A stretch of 64,000 bases of DNA from an uncultured Alphaproteobacteria bacterium. GTDB taxonomy: Bacteria > Pseudomonadota > Alphaproteobacteria > Sneathiellales > Sneathiellaceae. A model generated the notes under the pieces. That model made no database searches. It had not been told where the DNA came from and worked only from the letters and a program-made list of their open reading frames with translations. Both the position numbers and the translations under genes were made by a program. The stretch is from positions 2,281 through 66,280 of the forward strand of contig CAJXWA010000001.1 in NCBI GenBank assembly GCA_913062525.1, given 5' to 3'. Shown here one piece after another: positions 9,325 to 18,868 of this stretch (its first letter is position 1; each line of letters opens with the position of its first letter).

Positions 9325-10208
9325 TCAATATTTTTGGCAATTCACCAGAGCTGCAGCTTGAAAAAGACGCTTCTAGCAAGTATTTGCCCATTGTCATCGC
9401 TGCCATGGTGTTTCTGGCCGCACTGGCTCTAATGGGTTTGTTTTCCTTGCATTCAGCGGTACAAAACTGGTCAACAGCAGTGAGTGGCAACTTAACTGTC
9501 GAAATCGCCTATGAAGAGGGGCAGGATCTTGATAAAAAAATGAACAAGGCCTCTCAAATTTTACGAAACTTTCCCGGCATTGAAGAGGTGAACCCTCTGT
9601 CTATTGACGATGCGGCTAAATTGCTTGAACCGTACTTAGGCCGAGCCGATATTATCAAGCAACTTCCCCTTCCAAGACTGATTGAGGTCACAATATCTGA
9701 GGGCAGTTCCGTTGATCTGCTCGCCGCCGCCAAAAAACTGTCCACAGAGGTTCCAGGAGCGATTTTAAACACGCACCGACCTTGGCTTGATAAAATGATC
9801 GTGCTCGCGCGGTCCGTTCAATTTTTAGCCGGAGCGATTATGCTGCTTGTTAGCATTGTTACCGTCATCATTATCGTTTTTGCAGCCCGTACCGGCATGG
9901 TTATGCATCATGCTATCATTGAGGTTCTGCATTTGATTGGCGCAAGAGACAGCTACATTGCCCAACAGTTTCAAAATTATTTTGCCCGCCTCTGCTTAAT
10001 TGGGGCGTTTCCCGGTTTAATTTGTGCCATCTTCACTATGGAATTTTTGTCGTTTTTAGCAGGACGTCTCGAAGCTGGACTAATTTCCGCTCCTTCAATG
10101 ATTGTAGAGGGTTGGATTGCATTGGCGATGGTGCCAATATTGGTCGCACTATTGACCACAATTACGGTTCGTTGGATCGTCATGGGCTCATTGAAACGGA
10201 TGATGTAA
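9321..10208 (+). CDS. ftsX: Cell division permease FtsX
   Basis: Overlaps the ftsE stop; 4 TM segments; LPLPRLIEV, IEVLHLIGA. Confidence 0.92.
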   Translation: MINIFGNSPELQLEKDASSKYLPIVIAAMVFLAALALMGLFSLHSAVQNWSTAVSGNLTVEIAYEEGQDLDKKMNKASQILRNFPGIEEVNPLSIDDAAKLLEPYLGRADIIKQLPLPRLIEVTISEGSSVDLLAAAKKLSTEVPGAILNTHRPWLDKMIVLARSVQFLAGAIMLLVSIVTVIIIVFAARTGMVMHHAIIEVLHLIGARDSYIAQQFQNYFARLCLIGAFPGLICAIFTMEFLSFLAGRLEAGLISAPSMIVEGWIALAMVPILVALLTTITVRWIVMGSLKRMM

Positions 10209-10209
10209 C

Positions 10210-10758
10210 GTGCTTGTACTTTTGGATAGAGATGGCGTCATAAATGAAGATCGCCCAGATTTTGTAAAGTCACCGGATGAGCTGATTTTCATTCCCGGCG
10301 CCCTTGAAGCTATCACCCGCCTTAAGGGTAACGGCCATATAGTCGCCATCGTTACTAATCAATCTTGTATCGGACGCGGAATTATTACCCCTGAAACCTT
10401 GTTCAATATTCATGAAAAACTTTTGGGTAACATCAGAAAAATGGGAAGCGATATCGATCATATTTTTATTGCTCCTGATGCCCCGTGGGAGGCGACAGAA
10501 AATCGCAAACCTGGCTGCGGGATGATGAAGGCTGCTATGACCATGTTTTCAGAAAAACCAAAAAACACCGTTCTTATAGGAGATAGTCAAACTGATTTAC
10601 AGGCGGCAACGAAAGCGGGATGTCATCGGATATTAGTTCGATCCGGTAAAGGCGCAAAAACCCAAGCAAATGGTATTCCATCAGACCTGCTCCCCGTTTC
10701 TGTTGCGCGTGATTTAACAGAAGCGACCGATTACATTTTGAACGGTAGATTTTCATGA
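10210..10758 (+). CDS. gmhB: HAD IIIA phosphatase, GmhB (heptose bisphosphate phosphatase)-like
   Basis: LDRDGVIN, VTNQS, RKPG.GM, IGDS..DL.AA. Confidence 0.8.
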   Translation: MLVLLDRDGVINEDRPDFVKSPDELIFIPGALEAITRLKGNGHIVAIVTNQSCIGRGIITPETLFNIHEKLLGNIRKMGSDIDHIFIAPDAPWEATENRKPGCGMMKAAMTMFSEKPKNTVLIGDSQTDLQAATKAGCHRILVRSGKGAKTQANGIPSDLLPVSVARDLTEATDYILNGRFS

Positions 10759-11366
10759 TGCTCCGTAAAATTTCCATATGGCCAAAAATATTGGTGATCC
10801 TCATCGTTCTCTGGGTCGGTGCGTTTTTGTCCTATATTCATGAGATATCTGACCCGTCTTACACCGATGCTCAAAACGCCGATGGTATCGTCGTCCTCAC
10901 GGGAACCCCTGCTCGCTTGAGCGAAGGCTTTGAATTACTCAAGAGTGGGGCCGGAAAACGAATATTGATCTCGGGTGTTAATCGGCAAGTCAGCAAAGAG
11001 ACTTTGCGAAAAGCCATGGGCGAGAGCGCTCGGGTGATGGATTGCTGCGTTGATATTGGTCACATCGCCCGCGATACCGTCGGCAATGCCTATGAGGCAT
11101 CCCTATGGGCGGCAGAAAACAAATTCAATTCTCTTATCATTGTCACCAGCGCCTATCACATGCCGCGCAGTTTGGTTGAGATGAAGCGTCAAATGCGCTC
11201 AAAACCACTTTTTGCCCAAGCTGCAAAAAATGATGTATTGAAACTTAAAAATTGGTGGCAAAATCCATCAGTTTCCTATGTATTGGCTGCAGAATTTAAT
11301 AAGTATATATTTAGCCTGATCCGCGCCAACCTTGAACGACTGGCAATGGATGGAGATACCAAGTGA
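10755..11366 (+). CDS. YdcF/DUF218 (ElyC/SanA-like) protein
   Basis: DGIVVLTG, ARDTVGNA, VTSAYHMPRS. Confidence 0.9.
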   Translation: MMLRKISIWPKILVILIVLWVGAFLSYIHEISDPSYTDAQNADGIVVLTGTPARLSEGFELLKSGAGKRILISGVNRQVSKETLRKAMGESARVMDCCVDIGHIARDTVGNAYEASLWAAENKFNSLIIVTSAYHMPRSLVEMKRQMRSKPLFAQAAKNDVLKLKNWWQNPSVSYVLAAEFNKYIFSLIRANLERLAMDGDTK

Positions 11367-12094
11367 TTTTTCTACGGTCGTGCCTGTTTTTTGTGACGTT
11401 CTGGCTTTGGTCCATTTTTATGAACCTGCTCTTTCTCCCCATGTTGGCATTTAACAGAATTTGGATTGTTAGAGGACAAACTGTTTGGTCCAAGGGAATT
11501 CTCGTCTTGATGCAGGCGGCCTGCGGATTAAAAGTCGAAGTTCGCGGCACTGAAAATTTACCTAAGGGCCGTGCACTGCTGGCCTGCAAACATCAATCTA
11601 TCTTTGAGACAACCGCTTTTCATTGGCTGGTTGAAGACCCTGCTGTAATTCTAAAAAAGGAACTTTTGAGTGTTCCTGTTTACGGTTGGTACTGCAGAAA
11701 AACGAAAATGATCGCGGTTGACCGGAAAGGCCACGCTTCTGCCCTCCGTTCTATGATTTCGCAAGCGGAACAAGCCCTAGAAGATGAACGCCAAATTATC
11801 ATTTTTCCCGAAGGCACTCGCACAGCTGTAGACGATGAAATGCCCTATCAGCCCGGTATTGCAGCCTTATATACTAAGCTGGATACACCTGTTATTCCGG
11901 TTGCGCTGAACACTGGACTATTTTGGCCCCGCAAGAAATTTATGTGCCGACCTGGTGTGATCATTATAGAATTTTTGCCTGCCATTGAAGCAGGCTTAAA
12001 ACGCAAAGATTTTGTCAGTAAGCTCAAACAATCCATTGATGACAACACATCCCGGCTTGTTGCGGAAGGCCGCGAAAAATACATTGAAAAATAA
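11363..12094 (+). CDS. plsC: 1-acyl-sn-glycerol-3-phosphate acyltransferase
   Basis: KHQS..ET, IIFPEGTR, PVALN. Confidence 0.9.
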   Translation: MIFLRSCLFFVTFWLWSIFMNLLFLPMLAFNRIWIVRGQTVWSKGILVLMQAACGLKVEVRGTENLPKGRALLACKHQSIFETTAFHWLVEDPAVILKKELLSVPVYGWYCRKTKMIAVDRKGHASALRSMISQAEQALEDERQIIIFPEGTRTAVDDEMPYQPGIAALYTKLDTPVIPVALNTGLFWPRKKFMCRPGVIIIEFLPAIEAGLKRKDFVSKLKQSIDDNTSRLVAEGREKYIEK

Positions 12095-12193
12095 GCGCTT
12101 ATCGCCATTTTAACATCAGGAAGTTTGCGTATACCGGGTAATTAAGATATACTTGATCAACCGGCATAAAGCACGCTCTAACTTGAGGTTTCA

Positions 12194-14518
12194 ATGGCTA
12201 CAATCGCGCCAATTTCAAAACAAATTTGGGATATGAAGTACCGTTTTCGGAAGGCCGATGGCTCTGCAAAAGAGCGGACGATTGAAGACACTTGGCACCG
12301 CATTGCATCGGCACTGGCGGAACCCGAAGAAGATACGGCCAAGTGGGACACCGAGTTTTATGAAATCCTCAAAGATTATAAGTTCTTGCCCGCAGGCCGC
12401 ATAATTGCGGGCGCGGGCACGAAACGAAAAGTGACCTTGTTTAACTGCTTTGTCATGGGCGATATCCCCGATAATATGGCAGGTATCTTTGACAACCTCA
12501 AAGAAGCTGCTGTTACCATGCAACAAGGCGGCGGGATCGGATATAATTTCTCGAGCTTGCGCCCCAAAGGCGCCCCCGTTCACAGCATGGGATCGGATGC
12601 ATCCGGCCCTCTCAGCTTCATGGATGTGTGGGACAGCATGTGCCGCACCATAATGAGCGCGGGTTCCCGGCGCGGCGCCATGATGGCGACCATGGTTTGT
12701 GATCACCCAGACATTCTTGATTTCATCAAAGCTAAACAAGACCCAGGCCGCCTGCGGATGTTTAACTTATCCGTACTGATTACTGACGCCTTTATGGAAG
12801 CGGTCAAAAAAGACGACTCGTGGGATCTCGTATTTGAGGGATCGCAATATAAAACCATCCAAGCCCGTGAGCTTTGGGATGAAATCATGCGATCCACTTA
12901 TGCATTTGCCGAACCAGGCGTCATTTTCATCGACCGCATTAACCAGCGCAATAACCTAAATTACTGCGAAGACATATCTGCGACCAATCCTTGCGGCGAA
13001 CAACCGTTGCCGCCCTATGGCGCATGCCTTTTGGGATCCGTGAACCTGACCCGGTTTATTAAAAACCCGTTTGAGAATGATTCAGTGATGGACCTAGATG
13101 AGCTGGATAAAGTTGTCAGGGTTGCCGTTCGTATGATGGATAACGTCATTGATGTCTCAGGCTTCCCTCTTCCCGAGCAGGAACATGAAGCCAAAGCAAA
13201 ACGACGTATCGGGCTTGGCATAACGGGCCTCGCTGATGCTTTAATAATGTGCGGCGTCAGGTATGGATCGGATCAAGCGATCTCGATTACCCGCCAATGG
13301 ATGAGCCAAATCCGAAAATCCGCCTATCTCTCCTCAACTGATATTGCGAAAGAAAAAGGGGCGTTTGCCCTGTTCGATAAGGAACAATATTTGAATGGAG
13401 AGACCATCGCGGCACTAGACGATGATATTAAGGATGCCATTGGCAAAAATGGCATTCGAAATGCTCTTGTCACATCAGTCGCCCCAACCGGCACTATTTC
13501 CCTGCTCGCCAACAATATATCAAGCGGATTGGAGCCTGTTTTCAGTTTTTCCTATACCCGCAATGTCTTAAACGCAGATGGGGTTCGAAAAGCTGAAGAA
13601 GTAACCGATTACGCCTATCGCTTATTCCGCCGCCTAAAAGGAGAGGACACACCTCTGCCTGATTACTTTGTTGATGCTCAAGTTCTTGCCCCAATGGATC
13701 ATGTCAGAATGCAAGCAACAGTGCAGGACTACATCGACAGCTCGATCTCTAAAACCATAAATTGCCCTGAAGATATCAACTTTGAAAAATTCAAGGATAT
13801 CTACATGAAGGCTTATGAGCTTGGATGCAAAGGCTGCACAACATACCGACCCAATGATATTACGGGCGCTGTTTTAGAATTAACGACGAAGTCCAAAGGG
13901 GAGGATGAGCAACCTGCCCTACCACTGGATGAGCCTGAACCAAAACCACGGGACAGTTATGAAGCTGGCGGCATCGTCTATATGACGAAGCCACTCGATC
14001 GCCCTGGAACCATACCAGGGCAAACATACAAACTTAAATGGCCTGAAAGTAATCACGCCATGTACATCACGCTCAATGATATTGTGCAGGATGGTCGGCG
14101 GCGACCTTTTGAGATTTTCATAAATTCTAAGAATGTTGAGCATTTTGCATGGACAGTTGCCCTAACTCGGATGATTTCTGCCGTCTTCCGGCGTGGTGGT
14201 GACGTCAGTTTCGTCGTGGAAGAATTAAAGGCCGTGTTCGATCCGCGCGGCGGTGCATGGATGCACGGGCGATACGTTCCCTCACTTCTTGCTGCCATTG
14301 GCGATGTTATTGAAACTCATCTTGTTCAAATTGGCTTTTTGCCCAATCCGGCGAAAAACTCCCAAGAAAGCGAAGCCAAATCTCAAGTGATGGGAGAGGT
14401 TCCGCAAAGGCCAAGGATGGGCCTACAACGGCAGTGCCCAGAATGCGGCGAAGCTGCACTACTGCGAAGTGAAGGTTGTGACACCTGTACTTCATGCGGG
14501 TTTTCAAAATGCAGCTAA
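12194..14518 (+). CDS. nrdJ: Adenosylcobalamin-dependent (class II) ribonucleotide reductase
   Basis: LFNCFV, ATNPCGEQPL, APTGTIS, KGCTTYR; C-terminal TSCPD-like domain and Zn ribbon; no intein seen. Confidence 0.95.
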   Translation: MATIAPISKQIWDMKYRFRKADGSAKERTIEDTWHRIASALAEPEEDTAKWDTEFYEILKDYKFLPAGRIIAGAGTKRKVTLFNCFVMGDIPDNMAGIFDNLKEAAVTMQQGGGIGYNFSSLRPKGAPVHSMGSDASGPLSFMDVWDSMCRTIMSAGSRRGAMMATMVCDHPDILDFIKAKQDPGRLRMFNLSVLITDAFMEAVKKDDSWDLVFEGSQYKTIQARELWDEIMRSTYAFAEPGVIFIDRINQRNNLNYCEDISATNPCGEQPLPPYGACLLGSVNLTRFIKNPFENDSVMDLDELDKVVRVAVRMMDNVIDVSGFPLPEQEHEAKAKRRIGLGITGLADALIMCGVRYGSDQAISITRQWMSQIRKSAYLSSTDIAKEKGAFALFDKEQYLNGETIAALDDDIKDAIGKNGIRNALVTSVAPTGTISLLANNISSGLEPVFSFSYTRNVLNADGVRKAEEVTDYAYRLFRRLKGEDTPLPDYFVDAQVLAPMDHVRMQATVQDYIDSSISKTINCPEDINFEKFKDIYMKAYELGCKGCTTYRPNDITGAVLELTTKSKGEDEQPALPLDEPEPKPRDSYEAGGIVYMTKPLDRPGTIPGQTYKLKWPESNHAMYITLNDIVQDGRRRPFEIFINSKNVEHFAWTVALTRMISAVFRRGGDVSFVVEELKAVFDPRGGAWMHGRYVPSLLAAIGDVIETHLVQIGFLPNPAKNSQESEAKSQVMGEVPQRPRMGLQRQCPECGEAALLRSEGCDTCTSCGFSKCS

Positions 14519-14538
14519 ATATGCGGCGCCCATAGATT

Positions 14539-15036
14539 ATGAAAATCCGTGAAGAAACATCGCGTGACATTGATGTGATCCGTTCTATAACACGGGCAGC
14601 TTTCATATCGGTTGAACACAGCAATCAGACTGAATCAGCAATAATCGATGCGCTGCGCGAGTCAGGAGCATTAAGCATTTCCCTTGTCGCGGTAGAAAGC
14701 AATGAGGTTGTTGGTCATGTGGCATTCTCCCCAATTACAATTGAAGGTGGCCGTCAAGGGTGGCTTGGCCTTGGGCCAATTTCAGTTCGCCCAGACAAAC
14801 AAAAAGAAGGCATCGGAGCAGCCCTAATCGAAGAGGGCTTGCGACGAGCTTCGGCTATGAATGCAAAGGGATGTGTTGTCCTTGGTGATCCTAACTACTA
14901 TTCCCGCTTTGGTTTTGAGGCAGATTCAGAACTCTTTTTAGATGGCGTCCCTGCCGAATATTTTATGAGGCGGGCTTTCGAAGAAAATATGCCGCACGGA
15001 CGGGTTGACTATCACAAAAGTTTTAACACTAAATAA
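14539..15036 (+). CDS. GNAT N-acetyltransferase (YhbS-like)
   Basis: VGHVAFSP, LGPISV.P..Q..GIG.ALI, VVLGDPNYYSRFGF. Confidence 0.9.
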   Translation: MKIREETSRDIDVIRSITRAAFISVEHSNQTESAIIDALRESGALSISLVAVESNEVVGHVAFSPITIEGGRQGWLGLGPISVRPDKQKEGIGAALIEEGLRRASAMNAKGCVVLGDPNYYSRFGFEADSELFLDGVPAEYFMRRAFEENMPHGRVDYHKSFNTK

Positions 15037-15087
15037 CACATTTCATCAACCACCGCCTACGACGCAGCAGACAATTCTAATTCAGAT

Positions 15088-15243
15088 ATGTCATTCACAT
15101 AGCGTTTAAGCCTTGCTTTGGTTCGCGAATATCGTTCGGACAAAACTGCATCAGCTCTGCCTGCATTAAGTGACCATGAACTTGAAAATATTGGCCTAGA
15201 GCGGACAGACATTCCGTCCATTTCCACCTATCAAGCTATCTAA
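15088..15243 (+). pseudogene. DUF1127 (YjiS-like) small protein, interrupted by TAG at codon 5
   Basis: Own translation MSFT*RLSLALVREYRSDKTASALPALSDHELENIGLERTDIPSI; LSD..L..IGL.R.DI signature. Confidence 0.65.
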
Positions 15244-15261
15244 CAGGCCGGGAATAGCAAG

Positions 15262-15864
15262 TTACTCCCCCATAGCTTGAACCCGCTGCATGATCGCATG
15301 CAGAGGACCATCCTTGATACCGAACTCATCCAGATGCTCAACAGTACTGTATAAATAATCACGGTTTGGACCCCCGCGTCCAGAAGTAGACGCAATAATC
15401 TTCGCCGCCGCGTTGATTTCCGGTTGGCCGCAATATTGTTCATGATGAGGGTCTGCCGTAAAGGTAAGCGCTCGTACTTTTTCGCCGTTATGCAGCAGCT
15501 TTAAAGTCACCATCTTCGGCACGTATACTTTGGTGACCATTTCCCGGCGGTATAAATAATCAATCACTGGTTCCCGAATATCAGAGGGGCAGAGTATCGC
15601 CTTTCCGCGGCACGATCCCCCCGCATCCAGCCCAAGGACTAGGCCTGGGCTCTCGTACGTTCCCCGGTGCACAACTGAGGTGACGCAAAAGGATCGGTGA
15701 TATCCGTATAGCTGGGCATCTACCACGGCCTTATTCTCAAAGCCCGGTCGCCACATTAAGGAGCCATATCCGAAAATCCATAAGTCTTCGTTTTCAGGAA
15801 GCGCTGGCATAGCATGATCAACCGGCGGCAAATCAGGTTCAAGCACGAGGTCGTATTTGCTCAT
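15262..15864 (-). CDS. chaC: Glutathione-specific gamma-glutamylcyclotransferase (ChaC)
   Basis: WIFGYGSLMWRPGF, HRGT..SPGLVLGL, YLYRRE, GPNRDYL. Confidence 0.9.
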   Translation of the reverse strand: MSKYDLVLEPDLPPVDHAMPALPENEDLWIFGYGSLMWRPGFENKAVVDAQLYGYHRSFCVTSVVHRGTYESPGLVLGLDAGGSCRGKAILCPSDIREPVIDYLYRREMVTKVYVPKMVTLKLLHNGEKVRALTFTADPHHEQYCGQPEINAAAKIIASTSGRGGPNRDYLYSTVEHLDEFGIKDGPLHAIMQRVQAMGE

Positions 15865-16766
15865 TTTAAAGGCTTTCTGGGCTTCATATTCACGAGGGCA
15901 ACGCCCACAACAACAACAGCCATGCCGAGGAACGAGTATCCGCTCAACCGCTCATCAAACAAAATATAGGCCACAACTGCCGTACAGGGCGGCACTAAAA
16001 AGAACAAACTGGATACCGTTGCCGCAGCCCCTTTACGCAGCAACAAATACAAAAGAGTTACCGCACCAAGCGACAGAACCAAAACCAGCCATCCAAGCGC
16101 AAATACCAGCTCGCCCGACCAAACGATTGTGCCCTCTTCCATCACATAAGCCATGAGAGAAAAATAGATCGTTACGACGACAAATTGGATAAAATTTCCG
16201 CTTTTCAAGCTCATATCGGAGCAGAATTTCTTTTGGTAAAGCGTACCAAATGCCATGCAGAACAGGGCCACAAAACACAGACCGATGCCGAATACTGATC
16301 CCTGACCTAGCGACAATTTATCAGCAACCACCAAGAACACACCGCCAAGACCTGCAAGCAGCCCGACCCATTGGCGTATGCTTATGGTTTCATTGAGTAG
16401 CAGACCTGCAAGTGCAGCCACAATCAACGGCTGAATACCAACAATCAACGCAGATGTTCCCGCCGGGACACCAAGACTGATAGCCCAAAACACAAATCCT
16501 AAATAACCGCCATGCATTAGCAGGCCCGAAATCCCAATATGTACCCCGTCCTGCCACCGGCTCGGCCAACGGGTTTTCGTTAGCAAGACAAGTGGAAGGA
16601 ATATGGCCGTACATATGGCAAACCGGACCGCGAGGAAAGTCATGGGTTCGATATATGGCAAGCCCAATTTGGCGCCAATGAACCCAGTGCTCCACAGAAA
16701 TACGAACACAATTGGCATTGCCCCGAGCATTAAATTTTGCCGGGCCGTTTGAGAAGAAGCTGTCAT
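15861..16766 (-). CDS. DMT/EamA family transporter
   Basis: 10 TM segments, LWSTGFIGAKLGLPY; 4-bp overlap with chaC. Confidence 0.9.
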   Translation of the reverse strand: MTASSQTARQNLMLGAMPIVFVFLWSTGFIGAKLGLPYIEPMTFLAVRFAICTAIFLPLVLLTKTRWPSRWQDGVHIGISGLLMHGGYLGFVFWAISLGVPAGTSALIVGIQPLIVAALAGLLLNETISIRQWVGLLAGLGGVFLVVADKLSLGQGSVFGIGLCFVALFCMAFGTLYQKKFCSDMSLKSGNFIQFVVVTIYFSLMAYVMEEGTIVWSGELVFALGWLVLVLSLGAVTLLYLLLRKGAAATVSSLFFLVPPCTAVVAYILFDERLSGYSFLGMAVVVVGVALVNMKPRKPLK

Positions 16767-16863
16767 ATTAAGGAACTTTTGCTATAGAAAAATCAGTGAC
16801 AGGTAAGGGCGCAACCTTATACAGTGGCGTCCCAAAGCTCAAGTTCTAGAAACGGAAGACTAC

Positions 16864-17919
16864 ATGCGTGTTACCATCATCACACTCAGCATTTTTGCCC
16901 TGCTCATCGGCGGGTATATCTTTTGGTGGAATAGTATCGCCGATACGGCCATCTCACAGTTTGAGGCATGGAAAAATGCCCGTCTGTCTGGCGGCATTAC
17001 GATCACGCACCAACCGGTTGTTACATCCGGTTTCCCCTACCGCGTAAAAATAGATCTCGAAGACGTCAAAATCACGCGAGATCAAAGTGGCGCCCAGTTT
17101 GGATTTGAGACAACAATTCCCACATTTTGGGTATTGGCTCAACCTTGGAAACCCACCCATATTATTTTTGGCACTTTGGGAACCAGTTCCCATACCTGGA
17201 CAGATGGCACCGCGACTAAATCCGTATCAGTAACGGCCAAAACCGCTCTTGGTAGCGCTACCTTTGCATCAAGCGGAAAATTTAAGACGCTAGCCATCGA
17301 CATTACTAAATCCCAAATCCAATCCTCATCCTACGGCCAAACCACTGCAGACCGCCTGCAATTGCATAGCCGTATGTCAACTGCTCCTAAGAAAACTGAA
17401 GGCTCCGATGCGCCCGCGTCCGATACCCAAATGCCAACGTGGCAAGTTGCTGTGACGGCTGATGGCATCGTTTTTGAAAACGGCAATGCCACTCCTCTTG
17501 GGGGGATCATCACAAAAGCCAACATTTCAGCAACCGTCGACGGCCGCCCAAAAGATTTTAGAACCAAAGATAGCATCGAACGTTGGCGGGATCAGGGTGG
17601 ATCAGTCGAGATTCTGGACATGAACCTCATATGGGGGGAAAGTCAGATTTCTGGAAATGGTGCCGTTTCTCTTGACGAGAACAACCAGCCGCTAGGGGCA
17701 TTCAGCACCAAAATAACAGGTTTTAATAATTTGCTTGCCTTACTTGAGAAAAGTCAAAAACTCGACAAGCAATCACTGAAAACAGCAGCGGTGGCGCTTA
17801 ACCTGATCTCAAAGGAAGACGAAAACGCCAGACGGTACCTTGATCTACCCATGAGCCTTCAAAATGGCGGCCTCTATATTGGCCCGTTCAAGCTAATGAA
17901 CACAGTTCCGCTTTTTTAA
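16864..17919 (+). CDS. DUF2125 domain protein
   Basis: N-terminal anchor, SGFPYR, WRDQGG, C-terminal LYIGP; usual neighbour of chaC and tyrC. Confidence 0.8.
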   Translation: MRVTIITLSIFALLIGGYIFWWNSIADTAISQFEAWKNARLSGGITITHQPVVTSGFPYRVKIDLEDVKITRDQSGAQFGFETTIPTFWVLAQPWKPTHIIFGTLGTSSHTWTDGTATKSVSVTAKTALGSATFASSGKFKTLAIDITKSQIQSSSYGQTTADRLQLHSRMSTAPKKTEGSDAPASDTQMPTWQVAVTADGIVFENGNATPLGGIITKANISATVDGRPKDFRTKDSIERWRDQGGSVEILDMNLIWGESQISGNGAVSLDENNQPLGAFSTKITGFNNLLALLEKSQKLDKQSLKTAAVALNLISKEDENARRYLDLPMSLQNGGLYIGPFKLMNTVPLF

Positions 17920-17931
17920 TACCGGTGAGGT

Positions 17932-18867
17932 CTACTCATCTTCGTTGGGGACAGTTCGGCCAAAATCGGGCTCTGCCGTTTCCTGACCTGCATCAATGAT
18001 TTGCTTGCGAATATCGCGAGTGCGCGAAAACATTTGGAAAAGCGCATCCCCGTCACCCCAGCGAATAGCTCGCTGTAGCGCTGTAAGATCTTCACTAAAG
18101 CGGCCTAACATCTCAAGAACAGCTTCTTTATTATGAAGGAACACATCTCGCCACATGGTCGGGTCTGACGCTGCAATACGGGTAAAGTCACGGAAACCAC
18201 CCGCCGAGTATTTAATAACTTCCGACTGTGTAACTTCTTCCAAATCATCAGCAGTGCCAACGATGTTATAGGCGATCAAATGCGGAACATGGGACGTAAT
18301 CGCCAACACCAAGTCATGATGTTTTGGATCCATTTTTTCCACGTTACTGCCAAGTGCCGTCCAAAAAGCCGATAATTTTTCAACGGCCTCTTCTCGGGAT
18401 TTCCCTGAGGGTGTTAAAATACACCAACGACCGGCGAATAATTCAGCAAATCCAGCAGCTGGTCCTGATTTTTCAGTACCTGCAACCGGGTGACCCGCAA
18501 CAAAATCAACGCCCTCTGGAATGTGTGGCTCAATGGCTTCGACAACAGTTTGTTTAACCGAGCCAACATCCGTGACCAACGCCCCTTTAGTCAAGAACGG
18601 GGCCATTTCTTCGGTAAGCGCGCCATATGTGCCAACAGGTGTGCATAAAATAACCAGATCGGCATCTTTCACTGCGTCAGCTACATTTTCATAGGCCTCA
18701 TCAACAACGCCCAGCTCCAACGCCACGCGGCGTGTATCGGCAGTTCTTGCAGCGCAGACAATTTCCTTCACAACGCCATGCTGACGGGCTGCACGGGCAA
18801 TTGATGATCCAATAAGTCCAATACCTATCAGCGCGAGTTTTTCAAACTGGACAGTGGTGTCAGACAT
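17932..18867 (-). CDS. tyrC: Prephenate/arogenate (cyclohexadienyl) dehydrogenase
   Basis: GIGLIGSS, TDVGSVK, GHPVAGTEKSG, SHVPH, DFTRIAASDPTMWRD. Confidence 0.92.
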   Translation of the reverse strand: MSDTTVQFEKLALIGIGLIGSSIARAARQHGVVKEIVCAARTADTRRVALELGVVDEAYENVADAVKDADLVILCTPVGTYGALTEEMAPFLTKGALVTDVGSVKQTVVEAIEPHIPEGVDFVAGHPVAGTEKSGPAAGFAELFAGRWCILTPSGKSREEAVEKLSAFWTALGSNVEKMDPKHHDLVLAITSHVPHLIAYNIVGTADDLEEVTQSEVIKYSAGGFRDFTRIAASDPTMWRDVFLHNKEAVLEMLGRFSEDLTALQRAIRWGDGDALFQMFSRTRDIRKQIIDAGQETAEPDFGRTVPNEDE

Positions 18868-18868
18868 C

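Noticed and set aside
12095-12193. Cobalamin riboswitch or NrdR boxes before nrdJ
   Set aside because: The gap is too short for a B12 element, and only a weak AAGATATACTT resemblance to an NrdR box is present.
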